35,632 nt of DNA from Nemertoderma westbladi (Eukaryota > Animalia > Xenacoelomorpha): NCBI GenBank assembly GCA_032718475.1, contig JAUCBJ010003638.1, forward strand, positions 1 through 35,632, written 5' to 3'. Of this stretch, positions 1 through 11,370 are shown piece by piece. Each line of letters opens with the position of its first letter. The first letter of the stretch is position 1. The notes under the pieces were generated by a model that had not been told where the DNA came from, made no database searches, and saw only the letters and a program-made list of their open reading frames with translations. A program made the position numbers and the translations under genes.

Positions 1-3000
1 AGCCTGAATATAAACTCCTTATACTGTGGATAAACTCACATATAGCAGACATGACGGAGTTGATGGAAGATGTCCTTGGTATCGGGGAGCGATATACTCT
101 ACTTTTACAAGCGTTTGTTGATAGCTTAATACGCGGCGACGTTAGTCCAACTACTGCGGAGGACGATGGTCGTTATATCGAACCGCCAATGTCCCAAGAG
201 TAGCTCGCGCGAGTTGGGATATAGAAAATTCGCTGCTCGATATACGCGGCGTAATGGTACGTATATGGGCTTCTTAACTACTGGTCATTCTATCAATTTA
301 CACAATACGGACTATGTCGACTATATATCCTGCCCGGCGGAGTCGGAACCATAAGCTGAAATTCGAATGCGAAAATTCTATTCGAAATCGGCTCGAAAGA
401 AAAGACATTAAAGAAACAAATAAACGCGGTAACTCCAACATATATTTGGAATTCTTGATAGAAGCATTGTAACAACAAATAAATATCATCCGCGTTTACC
501 CTACCAGACGTGCGTCTTTGGTATTATTACGATAAATGCCCTAGACCCAACTAATAAACGGAAAGACATAAACATCCACGTAAACCGAAACTTGTTGACG
601 TATCACCTATGCTCACTCGGCTCGAACGATCCTGGAGTAAACCTACGATCAGAGTCCCGGAATACTCGGTCAAACCTCCTCATTCCTTAGTTGGACCTCA
701 GACCTGCGATCTTGGTGGTGTCGCGGATCCTCGCGGACTGTATTCACTGTTCAAAGATCTAGTGCTACCCTAACAATTAATCGGTAACACTCCGACAGTG
801 ATTTCTAGCTAGCCGCCCATCTTACCTAGCCGGATTGTGACGCGGACACCTAATATCACTATCCAACCGTATGGTCGTCCACGCTTAACGCGATACAACC
901 CCTCATCAAGGTGAAGGAGAGCGTTGTACGAAACGAGTTAAACGCTATTTTATAAAGATCAAAAGGGAAACCTGCGCTTGTTCAGATAAACGTAAGTTAT
1001 CACAGTGAGTCCAATCGATACACGAATTGGCCTTATCTCAATTCGTTTGGGAAATCCAGAATCTCTAAGAAGTTATCGAACTTGGACGATCCTATTTTCT
1101 GCGAGAGTTTTTGGATGAACGTATCCAGCTACGAGCGGAGGAAAATCAGCTCGAGGAGAAGCATATCGAAACGGCAGATACCTCGACCACAATCCTACAC
1201 CTTCTGATGCAATCATATTGCACCCTTCACCCAGGAGTTATGGCCCTCCTAGTAAAGTGGCTCCCCCCAAAGAGAAAAAGACTCTTGCTAGCCTCAAAAA
1301 ACTGCGTAAACGCCGTCTGCGTAAGAAAGACTAACTGTTTAGAGTATCTTTGTGTTTTAGAAACTGTGATTTTTATATTTTATAGACTGAAAATCCCATT
1401 TTCTGGGAGCGGTGTAAAAGCCTTTGCTGAATTGCCCCGTTATTTTTATTATCTTTTACATTAAAATACTCCGTAGTTGATTTAATAAGTGTAAGAGACC
1501 GTATTATTGCTGTATCTATGTTTTTAGAGGATCTAAGACCTATTTCCTCCGTATGTGTACTGTGAAAGGCATATTTTATGATTCTATGGCAATTCGTGAC
1601 GCAAAAGGGTGATAGCTACTCTTGAACAGTAGTTACTATGACTACGGTTAACAGCTGACATTCATACGTGTTGATTTCCTTTGTTCTACGGCGTCTCTCA
1701 GTTCAGTCAGCCAATGAGAGCGTTTTTGTGGCTCCTTGTACAGAGAATTTCCGAGAAATGACGCAATGCCTATGTGCAGTGCTTACATTCAGTCTTGAGC
1801 CAAAGAAAGAACGGCTTAGAAGTATTTTGTGCTGTACTGCTTTTTAGTCGTACACTAGTAGGTTTAATTATAAAGGGCATATATCCTTTAACAAACGGAC
1901 TACCTACCTGATGACTGCTGACTGATCATACATGCTGACTGCTGAAACATTGCAAACTCATAACAATCAGTGTTCAGTAGTTATTTTATACTGCTATTTA
2001 CCGTCAGTTCTTCATAATATGGTTGATGAATTATTATATTTGGAATAACGATAAACAACCCCGAAACCCAATGTTCTTGATATACCGAAGGTAAGAGAGA
2101 AGGGTTACAGATAAACGATTGTGACTTATGTTAAAGTGGTTTGAAGTGAATCTAATGTTATTTGATAGACCCTACATGAGTCAGCCTGTGTTCCTTTTAT
2201 ATGTGACTAAAATCAGTGAAGATTGTCAGATTAGTGTGCAGTATTGTGCAGCATTGTGTATGAGTGAGTCTGTTAAAGAAGCATTCCTAAAGAATGCGCC
2301 ATATATGTGAATTATAATTAAGCCATATCGTTGTGAGTAGTTTAAGTCATAACTCTGTTTATATAGATAAAGCGCCACGTCCTAAAGGAACTGTTAATAT
2401 TACCGAAGGTGAATAATATTGTCAGAGATTATATATTACTGTCAGTCGAATAATACATTAGGCTTACATAGCAATAAAAAATTAAACCGTCGAACCCAAT
2501 CTCCCGGGAATATCCAGCGGGTGAATGGTCGCGCACGGATTGGTTTCGACTAGTGTAGTGAATCAAATACTTGTCATAGACTAAAAAGCGATTTATTATC
2601 TAGAAGACATTCTAATTTGGCGGGTTAAACTGCCAAAGGTCTGAAAGCGCGAACAGCTGATTAGTGAACTATCATATGTTAGACCATATATATATATTAT
2701 ATATTGGACCTTATCAAAATAGCGGTTGTACTGGGGCGGTATATGTTGTTCTCTAACCCACTGCAATTCAATAACGCAAAGCCGCGTTTACTGTACAGCA
2801 GCACGTAATATATTTGATACTTATTATACTAACTAAACTAACAAACCGCAAGGCCTACTTACCGAAATAAATTAACTTTCAGTTAAATACAATATACTTG
2901 TTTGCTCTGTAAAAATTTTAATTAAAAACAATCCTGCCATTTAATATACCTAATTAGCATGGTTGCGTAAGCAGTATGAATTGGAATGAAATTGTGAAAT

Positions 3001-3639
3001 AATTTATTTAAACTATTATGTACATTTAGATTAAATAATAATACAGTAAGTTGGCCTACAGAAATAAACATTGATATTCGGAACAGTAAAACAATTATTT
3101 ATTTCATTCATTCAACTAACCAGAGAGACTCATAGCTCCAGTGAATATTAACATCCCGACGTTACTTTAGTAATAATATTAATGTCATTGAACCCGATAC
3201 ACACACACCTCCAATCAGCCAGTTCAATGGAGAGTGAGTGAATGGATGGCTACTAGCAGCAGCAGCAGTCTGCCTCTTACAAGCAAGGCTGACTGAATAC
3301 CTCAAGTGTTGCTGGGAATCAAGCCAACTTGGATGTTAACCAATAAATGAGCAGTATTTAATGAGAATACATTTTTTATGCCGGTTTAATTACTTTAGAT
3401 CAATTAAAGACACGATTATTAAAGCAAATCACTTGAACTAATTAAAAACTATAATAGAATGGAGTATGCGGATTACATCTGTATATTTTTTAAGTATAAT
3501 TATTGAAGTCTTATACTGTAAAACAATTAATTTCCTTTAAAAGGCAGGTTGAAAATGGTGTTTTTACCGTAATCAACTTAATTAACTAATTAACTGCTAT
3601 TATCTTAGCTTCTCGAAGGCCACACGGAAATTCTACTTG

Positions 3640-3810
3640 GAAAATTTCTAAACTTTTGCCATACAACATGTGTACCAAGTTTGGATAGATTTCATCAAAG
3701 ATTGGCCGAGTTATTAACGTTTAAAATTGAACACGACAGAACGACAGAACGACAGGTTGATTAATGGTACCACTACGCTAAGGCTCACTCACTTCGTGGC
3801 TCGCCCCACA
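3640..3810 (+). mobile_element. Possible fragment of a non-autonomous Helentron/DINE-like repeat
   Basis: catgtgtaccaagtttggatagatttcatc, then a short (acgacaga)n run at ~3732-3755 and a gctcactcacttcgtggctcgcc end. This resembles the layout of DINE/HINE elements; recognised by resemblance only. Confidence 0.25.
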
Positions 3811-4035
3811 AGAAGGGTAGAAGAGCAAAGTTAAATTAGATATATTACATACAACAAATAATTGTGCGTTGTTATACTGTACGTACGTACATATAAATAG
3901 TTCCAACACGAAAGTGAATGCTCTCAATTTATTCACAGTATATTTTAGGTCCAAAAATACATTTGATTAGAAGTGCTAATTTATTTATTAATTTGGAATT
4001 TTTTGTAGTTCTCTACACACTAGAGCCTTTATAGT

Positions 4036-7000
4036 TTATATTTCAACTGAGCTAAATCGTTTAGAGTCCAATATATATTTTGATACTGCATTAATAAGTT
4101 TGTTCAGATCCTTACATTTCTGGCCGTATAGGATTGATTTTAAGGTGATTGGTAAGTTTAGTGAGTTTAATTTGTCAACTAGGTTATGGCGGTGACTGGT
4201 GAATTCGGTGCATGAAAAGAAAAAGTGGTCTGGTGTTTCTCTGGTATCTAATTGGCAGAACGCACACGTAGGGTCATCACTCAGGTGTCTCTTAACCATA
4301 TGGTCTGCAAGACAACTACGTTCCAGGCGTATCTGGGCCAGAATAATCTGCACCGTTCGCGTGCCGGCATTAAAATAAGGATTGTCCTTTATAGTATTGG
4401 ACAAACTGGATTTAAGTAAATGTGGCAACTTTGCCTGCATAGTAGGTGAAAGTGAGTTCCAGGCACTGGTTGTTGAAGGGAAAAACGAGTTAAGATACAG
4501 TGATTTATGTGCCGAGAATTAGGTAAAATTTGTTTCGTTTCGAAGTTGGTATCTGTGTCCGTCACCTACCTGGGGTGGCAGGAGGTCAGTCAGGTATGCT
4601 GGGGCATGGCCGTGCACTATTTTACTCAGTGTTACCAAACAGTTGTTATTCCGGCGAGTAGATAAAGGTTGTATATTACACTCGTCGTACAACTTGACGT
4701 GTGATGTTCCCCGTGGTGCCCCAGTTGCCACACGTAAAACTTGCAACTCGACGTCATCGAGTGCATCTGACTGTTCCTTTGTAATATTACACCAGACAAC
4801 ATTACTATATTCTATGACCGGTCTAATATATGTTTTGTATATGGTCAGTATGGTCTGCCGTGGTAGCTTGTACTTTAGGCATTTTAAGGTTGCTAACTGT
4901 GGTGCTACCTTATCTAAGATATGTGAAACATGATCGGCCCAGGTAAGTGTAGAATTAAGTACTACCCCTAGATGCTTGTGTGTATCTACATTATCGAGCT
5001 GTTCGCCCATGAGATATAGGCTATGCTGTAGATGTGATTTGTTGGCTGGGATGGTCATAGTATGAGTTTTATCTGGATTAAATTTAACAAACCAATTGCA
5101 GGCCCACCTGTGGAGACTATTAAGTTCTGAATTCATAAAATGAGCAGAAACTGCAGGATGGGCAATTATACTGTAGATAGTAGTGTCATCTGCAAAAAGT
5201 GATACATTAGCTAACAGGACAGAGACTAGATCGTTGATATAAACTAGAAACAGCAAAGGTCCGAGGATACTTCCTTGGGGGACCCCCGCTTCGATCAGCC
5301 TTAGAGTTAGCACTGATTCTTTTCCATCATGTACAACCCTAAGAAATCTATTGTTCAAATAATCATAAAACCAGTTAAGGAGGTTCCCACGAATCCCCGC
5401 TCGATGTAGTTTGTATACCAGACCCCGGTGCCAGACTCGGTCGAAGGCTTTCGAAATATCACAGAAAATTATACGAACACCATCGCCCTCGTCCCAGGTC
5501 TGGCACCAGGAATGGTATAAATGGAGCAACTGAAAGACACAGCTGTCGCCCCTAATGAAACCTGATTGATTTTTGCATATTTTTGCCCTTATAAAGTTCC
5601 ACAGGTACTTTTTGACGACGGATTCAAATAATTTCGATAAGCAACATAAAAGTGAAATCGGTCTGTAATTTGAGCTTAAATGAGGTTCGTTTTTTTTATA
5701 GACTGGTATAACGTTACTGGTCTTCCAGCAGTCCGGGAAAATTCCTAAACGTAGAGACAAATTGAAAAGTGTGAGCAGAATAGGAATCAATACCGGAGCT
5801 AGGAATTTAATTGTTATATTGCCTATACCATCTGGACCTATAGCTTTATTAGGATTAAGGTCCTTAATTGCCTCAGCTATATCCTCATGGGTTAGTTCAA
5901 TATCTTCTAATAACGCTTCAGATTCTACCTGGTGATTGGTATTATTGGTATTGATACCGAAAGTTCCAATATGCTGACTATCTGGAGTACCAAGAGTACC
6001 AATAGGATGACTAGTACCTGGAGTACCGAAGGTTCCAATAGGCTGACTTCCTGGAGTACCAATAGGATGACTAGTACCTGGAGTACCGAAGGTTCCAATA
6101 GGCTGACTTCCTGGAGTACCAATAGGATCACTAGTACCTGGAGTACCGAAGGTTCCAATAGGCTGACTTCCTGGAGTACCAATAGGATCACTAGTACCTG
6201 GAGTACCGAAGGTTCCAATAGGCTGACTACCTGGAGTACCAATAGGATGACTAGTACATGGAGTACCGAAGGTTCCAATAGGCTGACTTCCTGGAGTACC
6301 AATAGGATGACTAGTACCTGGAGTACCGAAGGTTCCAATAGGCTGACTTCCTGGAGTACCAATAGGATGACTAGTACCTGGAGTACTGAAGGTTCCAATA
6401 GGCTGACTACATGGAGTACCGAATGTTCCAATAGGTTGACTACCTGGGGTACCGAAGGTTCCAATAGGCTGACTTCCTGGAGTACCAATAGGATGACTAG
6501 TACCTGGAGTACTGAAGGTTCCAATAGGCTGACTTCCTGGAGTACCGAGTGTTCCAATAGGCTGACTTCCTGGAGTACCAATAGGATGACTAGTACCTGG
6601 AGTGCCGAAGGTTCCAATAGACTGACTTCCTGGAGTACCAATAGGATGACTAGTACCTGGAGTACCGAAGGTTCCAATAGGCTGACTTCCTGGAGTACCA
6701 ATAGGATGACTAGTACCTGGAGTACCGAAGGTTCCAATAGGCTGACTTCCTGGAGTACCAATAGGATGACTAGTACCTGGAGTACCGAGTGTTCCAATAG
6801 GCTGACTACCTGGAGTACCGAATGTTCCAATTGGTTGACTACCTGGAGTACTAATAGGATGACTAGTACCTGGAGTACCGAAGGTTCCAATAGGCTGACT
6901 TCCTGGAGTACCAATAGGATGACTAGTACCTGGAGTACCGAAGGTTCCAATAGGCTGACTTCCTGGAGTACCAATAGGATGACTAGTACCTGGAGTACCG

Positions 7001-8187
7001 AGTGTTACAATAGGCTGACTACCTGGAGTACCGAATGTTCCAATTGGTTGACTACCTGGGGTACCGAAGGTTCTATTAGGCTGACTACCTGGAGTACCAA
7101 GAGTACCAATAGGATGACTAGTACCTGGAGTACCGAATGTTCCAATAGGCTGGCTACCTGGAGTACCGAAGGTTCTATTAGGCTGACTACCTGGAGTACC
7201 AAGAGTACCAATAGGATGACTAGTACCTGGAGTACCGAATGTTCCAATAGGCTGGCTACCTGGAGTACCGAAGGTTCTATTAGGCTGACTACCTGGAGTA
7301 CCAAGAGTACCAATAGGATGACTAGTACCTGGAGTACCGAATGTTCAAATAGGCTGACTACATGGAGTGCCAAAAGTACCAATAGTCTGACTACCTGGAG
7401 TACCAAGAGTACCAATAGGATGACTAGTACCTGGAGTACCGAATGTTCCAATAGGCTGGCTACCTGGAGTACCGAAGGTTCTATTAGGCTGACTACCTGG
7501 AGTACCAATAGGATGACTAGTACCTGGAGTACCGAATGTTCCAATAGGCTGACTACATGGAGTGCCAAAAGTACCAATAGTCTGACTACCTGGAGTACCA
7601 ATAGGATGACTAGTACCTGGAGTACCGAAAGTTCCAATAGGTAAACGCACAGATGGAATGTGCTTAACTAAATTAGTTATATGTGACTGCTCGGCAAAAA
7701 ATGTACTTAAGCATTCAGCCTTGTCTTGGGCCTCTGTATGGACCTTATCGCCGTCAATTAAGAATGGTATGCGTAGTGTTTTAACACGACCGAGGGTAGC
7801 ATTAACGACACTGTACCACTTCTTTGGGTTAGACCTTGTACCATCCTGCAGCTGACTATATAAGATTTTATCATGTTCTCTTTTTGCAACTTTAACTTGT
7901 TCTTGCACATAATTACGAAAATGTCTAAATTGTTTCCAGGACTTCGAATTGTCTACCGTACCTTTTGCCCTACTATGAAGCTTTTCCCTACGGCGGAACA
8001 ACGCCCGTAGGTTAGCATTAATCCAAGGTGGGTCTGACTGACGTGTTTTAACTACTTTATTTTTAATAAATTGAGTTCTACCTTCGATAAGTACCCGAGT
8101 AAGTTCTTTTGCTAGCATATTTGGGTCGTTCTTTATAACATCATTGAAACATGTATTTGAATCCACCCACATAGTTACTGTAACCAC
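4036..8187 (-). pseudogene. LINE ORF2, C-terminal part: linker, in-frame tandem repeat, reverse transcriptase and C-terminal CCHC domain
   Basis: ORFs 7345..8187, 4519..5790 and 4036..4440 share one frame, broken only by TGA at 7345-7347 and TAA at 4519-4521. Manual translation gives PPWIN, NPKKWY, KAECLSTFF, LEDIELTHEDIAEAIKDLNPNKAIGPDGIG, NYRPISLL, DISKAFDRVWH, GVPQGSILGPLLF, LFADD, HKHLGV, SFFPSTTSAWNSL and CAFC...ETPDHFFFSC. Confidence 0.95.
5955..7641 (-). repeat. Coding minisatellite inside ORF2, 60-nt main unit made of 27+9+24-nt modules, encoding (GTPGSQPIGTFGTPGTSHPI)n
   Basis: Plus-strand unit aataggatgactagtacctggagtacc-gaaggttcc-aataggctgacttcctggagtacc. An identical 17-mer, taccgaaagttccaata, sits at both ends (5955-5971 and 7623-7639), 1668 nt apart. 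Confidence 0.97.
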
Positions 8188-9136
8188 GCCAATCAGCAGT
8201 TTTATATAACCAATGCGTGCGTGAATGTAACGGGGGTTTTTTTATGTTAAAATTAAATATAGCTAAGGTTGGGCAGTGATCAGAAACCTCCCGAACAGGA
8301 TCACCGAAAAACAACTTATTTGGTACTTGAGAGGAAGATAAAAATGGATGAAGGTCAGAAAAAATTAGATCAATACAGGATCCAGACGCCGGTCTAGTAA
8401 TTTTGTTAATAAATTGTTTGGCATTTAAGGAGCAGCATAATTGTTGTATAATTAGTGGAGCGGAATTTAGACAATCGGTGTTAAAGTCTCCCAAAAGTAT
8501 AAAACCACTATATTTCTGTGATTGAAGTACAGTAGTGATTTTATCTTGTAGGTCAAGCCAGAACGCCTGAGAGGGGCACGTTGGAGTGTACCCGCACACA
8601 AATAATATTTTGAGTTTATTAACCCAGACATCAATAAATATTAATTCACAATTTGATGTGGAGACATTATATTTGGGTCGGTTAATATGTGGGAGGTCTT
8701 CCCTTATGAGAAATCCTACTCCACCATATCCTGAATTATCACTCCGTGGATTAACATACAAACGATATCCCGGGAACTTTTCCTCCAGTTGCTCACTTTT
8801 ACATGTATTCTTTTTAAGCCAAATTTCAGACAGTGCAATAATATCACATTCCTTTTCATTGAAGAAATTGTTCAAGGAATCGATTTTAAAATTTGGATTT
8901 TCTGTTGGAAATAAACTACGTACATTGAGGTGAGCAATATTAAAAGGCCCGGGATTTTGTTCAATATCACCGGAAAGCAATAACCTGTGTGTTGGGACTA
9001 ACGATAAATATATATTTTGAACACATCCACAAATATACGACCTACGCTGGTTAAATGGTGTGGAAAAACAATTCATTGTGCTGCCGGTCAGCGACTCCAC
9101 CACCGCCCAGGAGTTGTCAAAAACTAAGAATTTTAA
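8141..9136 (-). pseudogene. LINE ORF2, N-terminal part: 2A-like motif and APE-type endonuclease
   Basis: Motifs HLNVRSL, DIIALSEIWL, GYGGVGFLIR, ILLGDFN, SCIDLIFS, SDHCP and WLYKTADW. A frameshift near 8145-8185 separates it from the downstream ORF2 frame. Confidence 0.93.
8945..8986 (-). other. 2A-like (StopGo) ribosomal skipping motif RLLLSGDIEQNPG|P
   Basis: Exact match to the D(V/I)ExNPGP consensus with the usual upstream LLLxG, directly before the endonuclease domain. Confidence 0.9.
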
Positions 9137-9562
9137 TTAAAATTAAAATTACGATTACGAAAATTAAAACAACTCTGAAAATTCAGAGTATTAAGACGTG
9201 AGAGAACTGGTCGATGGAGGTGCCAATCGGCAGCACACAATACAATTATGAAAAGACTGCGGAGAGGAAGCCACCAAAGCGCCCAGGGTAATACGCAAAT
9301 GTCCGTCAATAGGTTTAAGATACAGTACATAACATTTTGTTCAAATGGTGGAGTTTTTAGATAACAAAACCCTATTTTATATAAAGTTAATAAGCTGTTG
9401 CTTGGCTGGAAATTCAGGCCACAAGCAAACAAGGTACTTAGAAGTAAAGTTTCTAAAAGTTTCTTTGGACCTACACCTAATATAAAACTTCGTAATCCTA
9501 CATTGGATAATTCCATTCCAAACACAGGCTCGAGTACCAGTCAGTAGCCCTTTTCCCACCAT
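9133..9562 (-). pseudogene. Possible N-terminal extension of ORF2 upstream of the 2A motif (hydrophobic, frameshifted)
   Basis: ORF 9133..9525 stops within a few bases of where the endonuclease frame opens (its upstream stop is at 9137-9139). It contains the hydrophobic run LLTDICVLPWALWWLPLRSLFIIVLCAA. The overlapping ORF 9377..9562 has the first ATG after ORF1. Confidence 0.4.
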
Positions 9563-9691
9563 TGTTTAACTTTCTCCCTTACATTAATATGTACAATGCG
9601 ATAGTATATATTACTTACTAATTTAGGGTACAGGTGTGATTATTGCAAGTCGCTGAACCTATACTGTATACGGGGACCGATCTAGGATCAA

Positions 9692-10734
9692 TCATTCTCC
9701 TTCAGAAACACTGTTGTAGTACGATGAGCCCGACGATCTACCGGTTAAGGTCCCGTCGGTTTCTTCCTCCTCAAGGTTAACCGTGCTGCTCCTCGACCTC
9801 GTTGAAATCATGTGAGAGTTAGGAGTTCCCGATGCAGCCTTTCTCCCTTTTCCTGTAGGGGCGGCTGTTCCACGGCTGGTACTCCTGGCGTTGCTGGATG
9901 ATTTGTTGTTCCGGGGAATCCTCGTGTTCCTCCTCGCGCGATTGAATCCGACTCGTATTCGTGGTCTTTGCTTCCTGGCTTGCCCAAGAAGCTCTTGTAG
10001 AACCATGTAAGTCGACGGTATCGGGATGGGTGGTGGAGAACCCTCCGGGAAGATGGATCTGAGATCCTCAAATGTTCCAACAGTTAAACCGTCGTCATCA
10101 TCCTCGTAATGGGTGATTATAATGTCGCCGTTGATCACATGAGCACTGTAGATGGCTCCTTTCTTCTTTAGCTCCTTCGCGAATTTAAGCAGCTTCATCC
10201 GATACGGAGTTAGTTGATCTGACAGATAAACGCCTTTCGGTAGGTTCCTTAAGTTGCGGAAAGCCTCCGATCTGGCACTGTGGCCGATAAAGCGCACGAT
10301 AATTGGTCGCGATAAGCTCGCGTCAGCGGAAGATTTGGGGAATTGACCTAGGCGATGGCAAACGTCGATTTTATCGGTATTAACATTCAGATCGGTAAGG
10401 ATGTCCTTCACCAATTTCAGACAGGAATCACGCGACTCGTTGGCGGACTCACTACAGCACTAACACCATGTATAAGCACACAGTTACGACGATAATATTG
10501 ATTCTGTTGATCACCGGACAAGAACATTTCTAGGAGAAGTTCTCTTTGGCTATAGACTTCATCTTTAACCTCGTCGACTCTTGCATTTATGAGATCGAGT
10601 TTGTGAGTAATATCCTTATGAAATTTCTTGTTTTCCTCGCTTAGATCCCTGAATTGGTTAGACAAGTCTTTAATAGCAGCGCTGATTTGATCGTTTGAGG
10701 TAGTTTTCCCTTCGGATTGTTTCATAGGAGGCAT
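9692..10734 (-). pseudogene. LINE ORF1 (coiled coil, L1-type RRM, basic Arg/Ser-rich tail), one frameshift
   Basis: MPP start, heptad-like region, QYYRRNCVLIHGV, frameshift near 10450-10460, then IDVCHRLG, RPIIVRF and VYLSDQLT, all typical of L1-ORF1-like RRM proteins in CR1-group elements. Confidence 0.88.
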
Positions 10735-10858
10735 GTTCTGTATTGTGATTGGTTTTTGGTCAGCTTACTGCATACTGATTTAGGGGGGTATTTAGGCTAC
10801 CGGTACTGGTGTTTATCTACAGTTCATACCTACCGGTATCAAGCCTATGCTTTGCTTT

Positions 10859-11049
10859 CCAGAGAGGAGTTGTTACACGTAGAGGGTGTAGGGATAGCAG
10901 AGAGGAGTTGGGACATAGAGGGTGTAGGGATACCAGAGAGGAGTGAAGTTTGTACACATAGAGGGTGTAAGGATAGCAGAGAGGAGTTGGGACATAGAGG
11001 GTGTAGGGATAGCAGAGAGGAGTTGGGACATAGAGGGTGTAGGGATACC
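10859..11049 (+). repeat. Isolated five-monomer copy of the 36/38-bp satellite
   Basis: gggacatagagggtgtagggatagcagagaggagtt units matching the array at 22622-35632, in the same orientation. Confidence 0.97.
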
Positions 11050-11064
11050 TACACGTTTGTGATG

Positions 11065-11227
11065 GGTTGTGGTTGTGGCTGTGGCTGTGGTTGTGGATGT
11101 GGCTGTTGCTGTGGCTGTAGCTGAGGCTGTGGCTGTGGCTGAAGCTGAGGCTGTGGCTGTGGCTGTGGCTGAGGGTGTGGCTGTGGCTGAGGCTGTGGCT
11201 GTAGCTGTGGCTGAGGCTGTGGTTGTG
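11065..11227 (+). repeat. (GTGGCT)n hexanucleotide microsatellite with GAGGCT/GTGGTT variants
   Basis: Directly visible 6-nt periodicity. Confidence 0.95.
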
Positions 11228-11296
11228 GGGAGTGCCTCAGTTCTTAAATCAGAGTCTTACAAATTCGAACGTTAATGAACAAATTCGAACGTTACT

Positions 11297-11370
11297 GTTC
11301 CATCTTGGTGTAGTGGTTGCTTTGAATTCACATCTCCAGTAGGTCGTGGGTTCGATCCTCACATGGACCA
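11297..11370 (+). pseudogene. Degenerate tRNA-like sequence (possible SINE head)
   Basis: A-box TGGTGTAGTGG, B-box GGTTCGATCC, T-arm GTGGG/CTCAC, acceptor stem GTTCCAT/ATGGACC with one mismatch. The D and anticodon arms do not fold canonically. Confidence 0.6.

Larger units (their letters stand above)
3920..10858 (-). mobile_element. Near full-length CR1-group (CR1/L2/Crack-like) non-LTR retrotransposon, inactivated by a few lesions
   Basis: ORF1 (10734-9692) followed by ORF2 (APE endonuclease, RT, CCHC) in canonical order. Both ends are approximate; no TSD or clear 3' tail was identified. Confidence 0.92.

Noticed and set aside
480-1210. A frame interrupted only by TAA/TAG, hinting at a reassigned genetic code
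   Set aside because: Few stops, compatible with chance or C>T decay; the long Penelope and LINE frames read normally in the standard code.
1895-1960. CTGATGA...GAAAC, a possible second hammerhead
   Set aside because: The intervening sequence is a direct repeat rather than a stem II, and no consistent stem I/III pairing was found.
2083-2410. taccgaaggt 10-mers matching the ORF2 array
   Set aside because: Too short and not extendable; likely chance.
5925-7644. 570-aa plus-strand ORF (WSTEGSNRLT repeats) and the hydrophobic LLVLQ minus-strand ORFs
   Set aside because: Alternative readings of the same array; only the GTPG frame is continuous with ORF2 on both sides.
10717-11275. Cys-Gly and Val-Ala repeat ORFs
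   Set aside because: Translations of satellite monomers and the (GTGGCT)n microsatellite.
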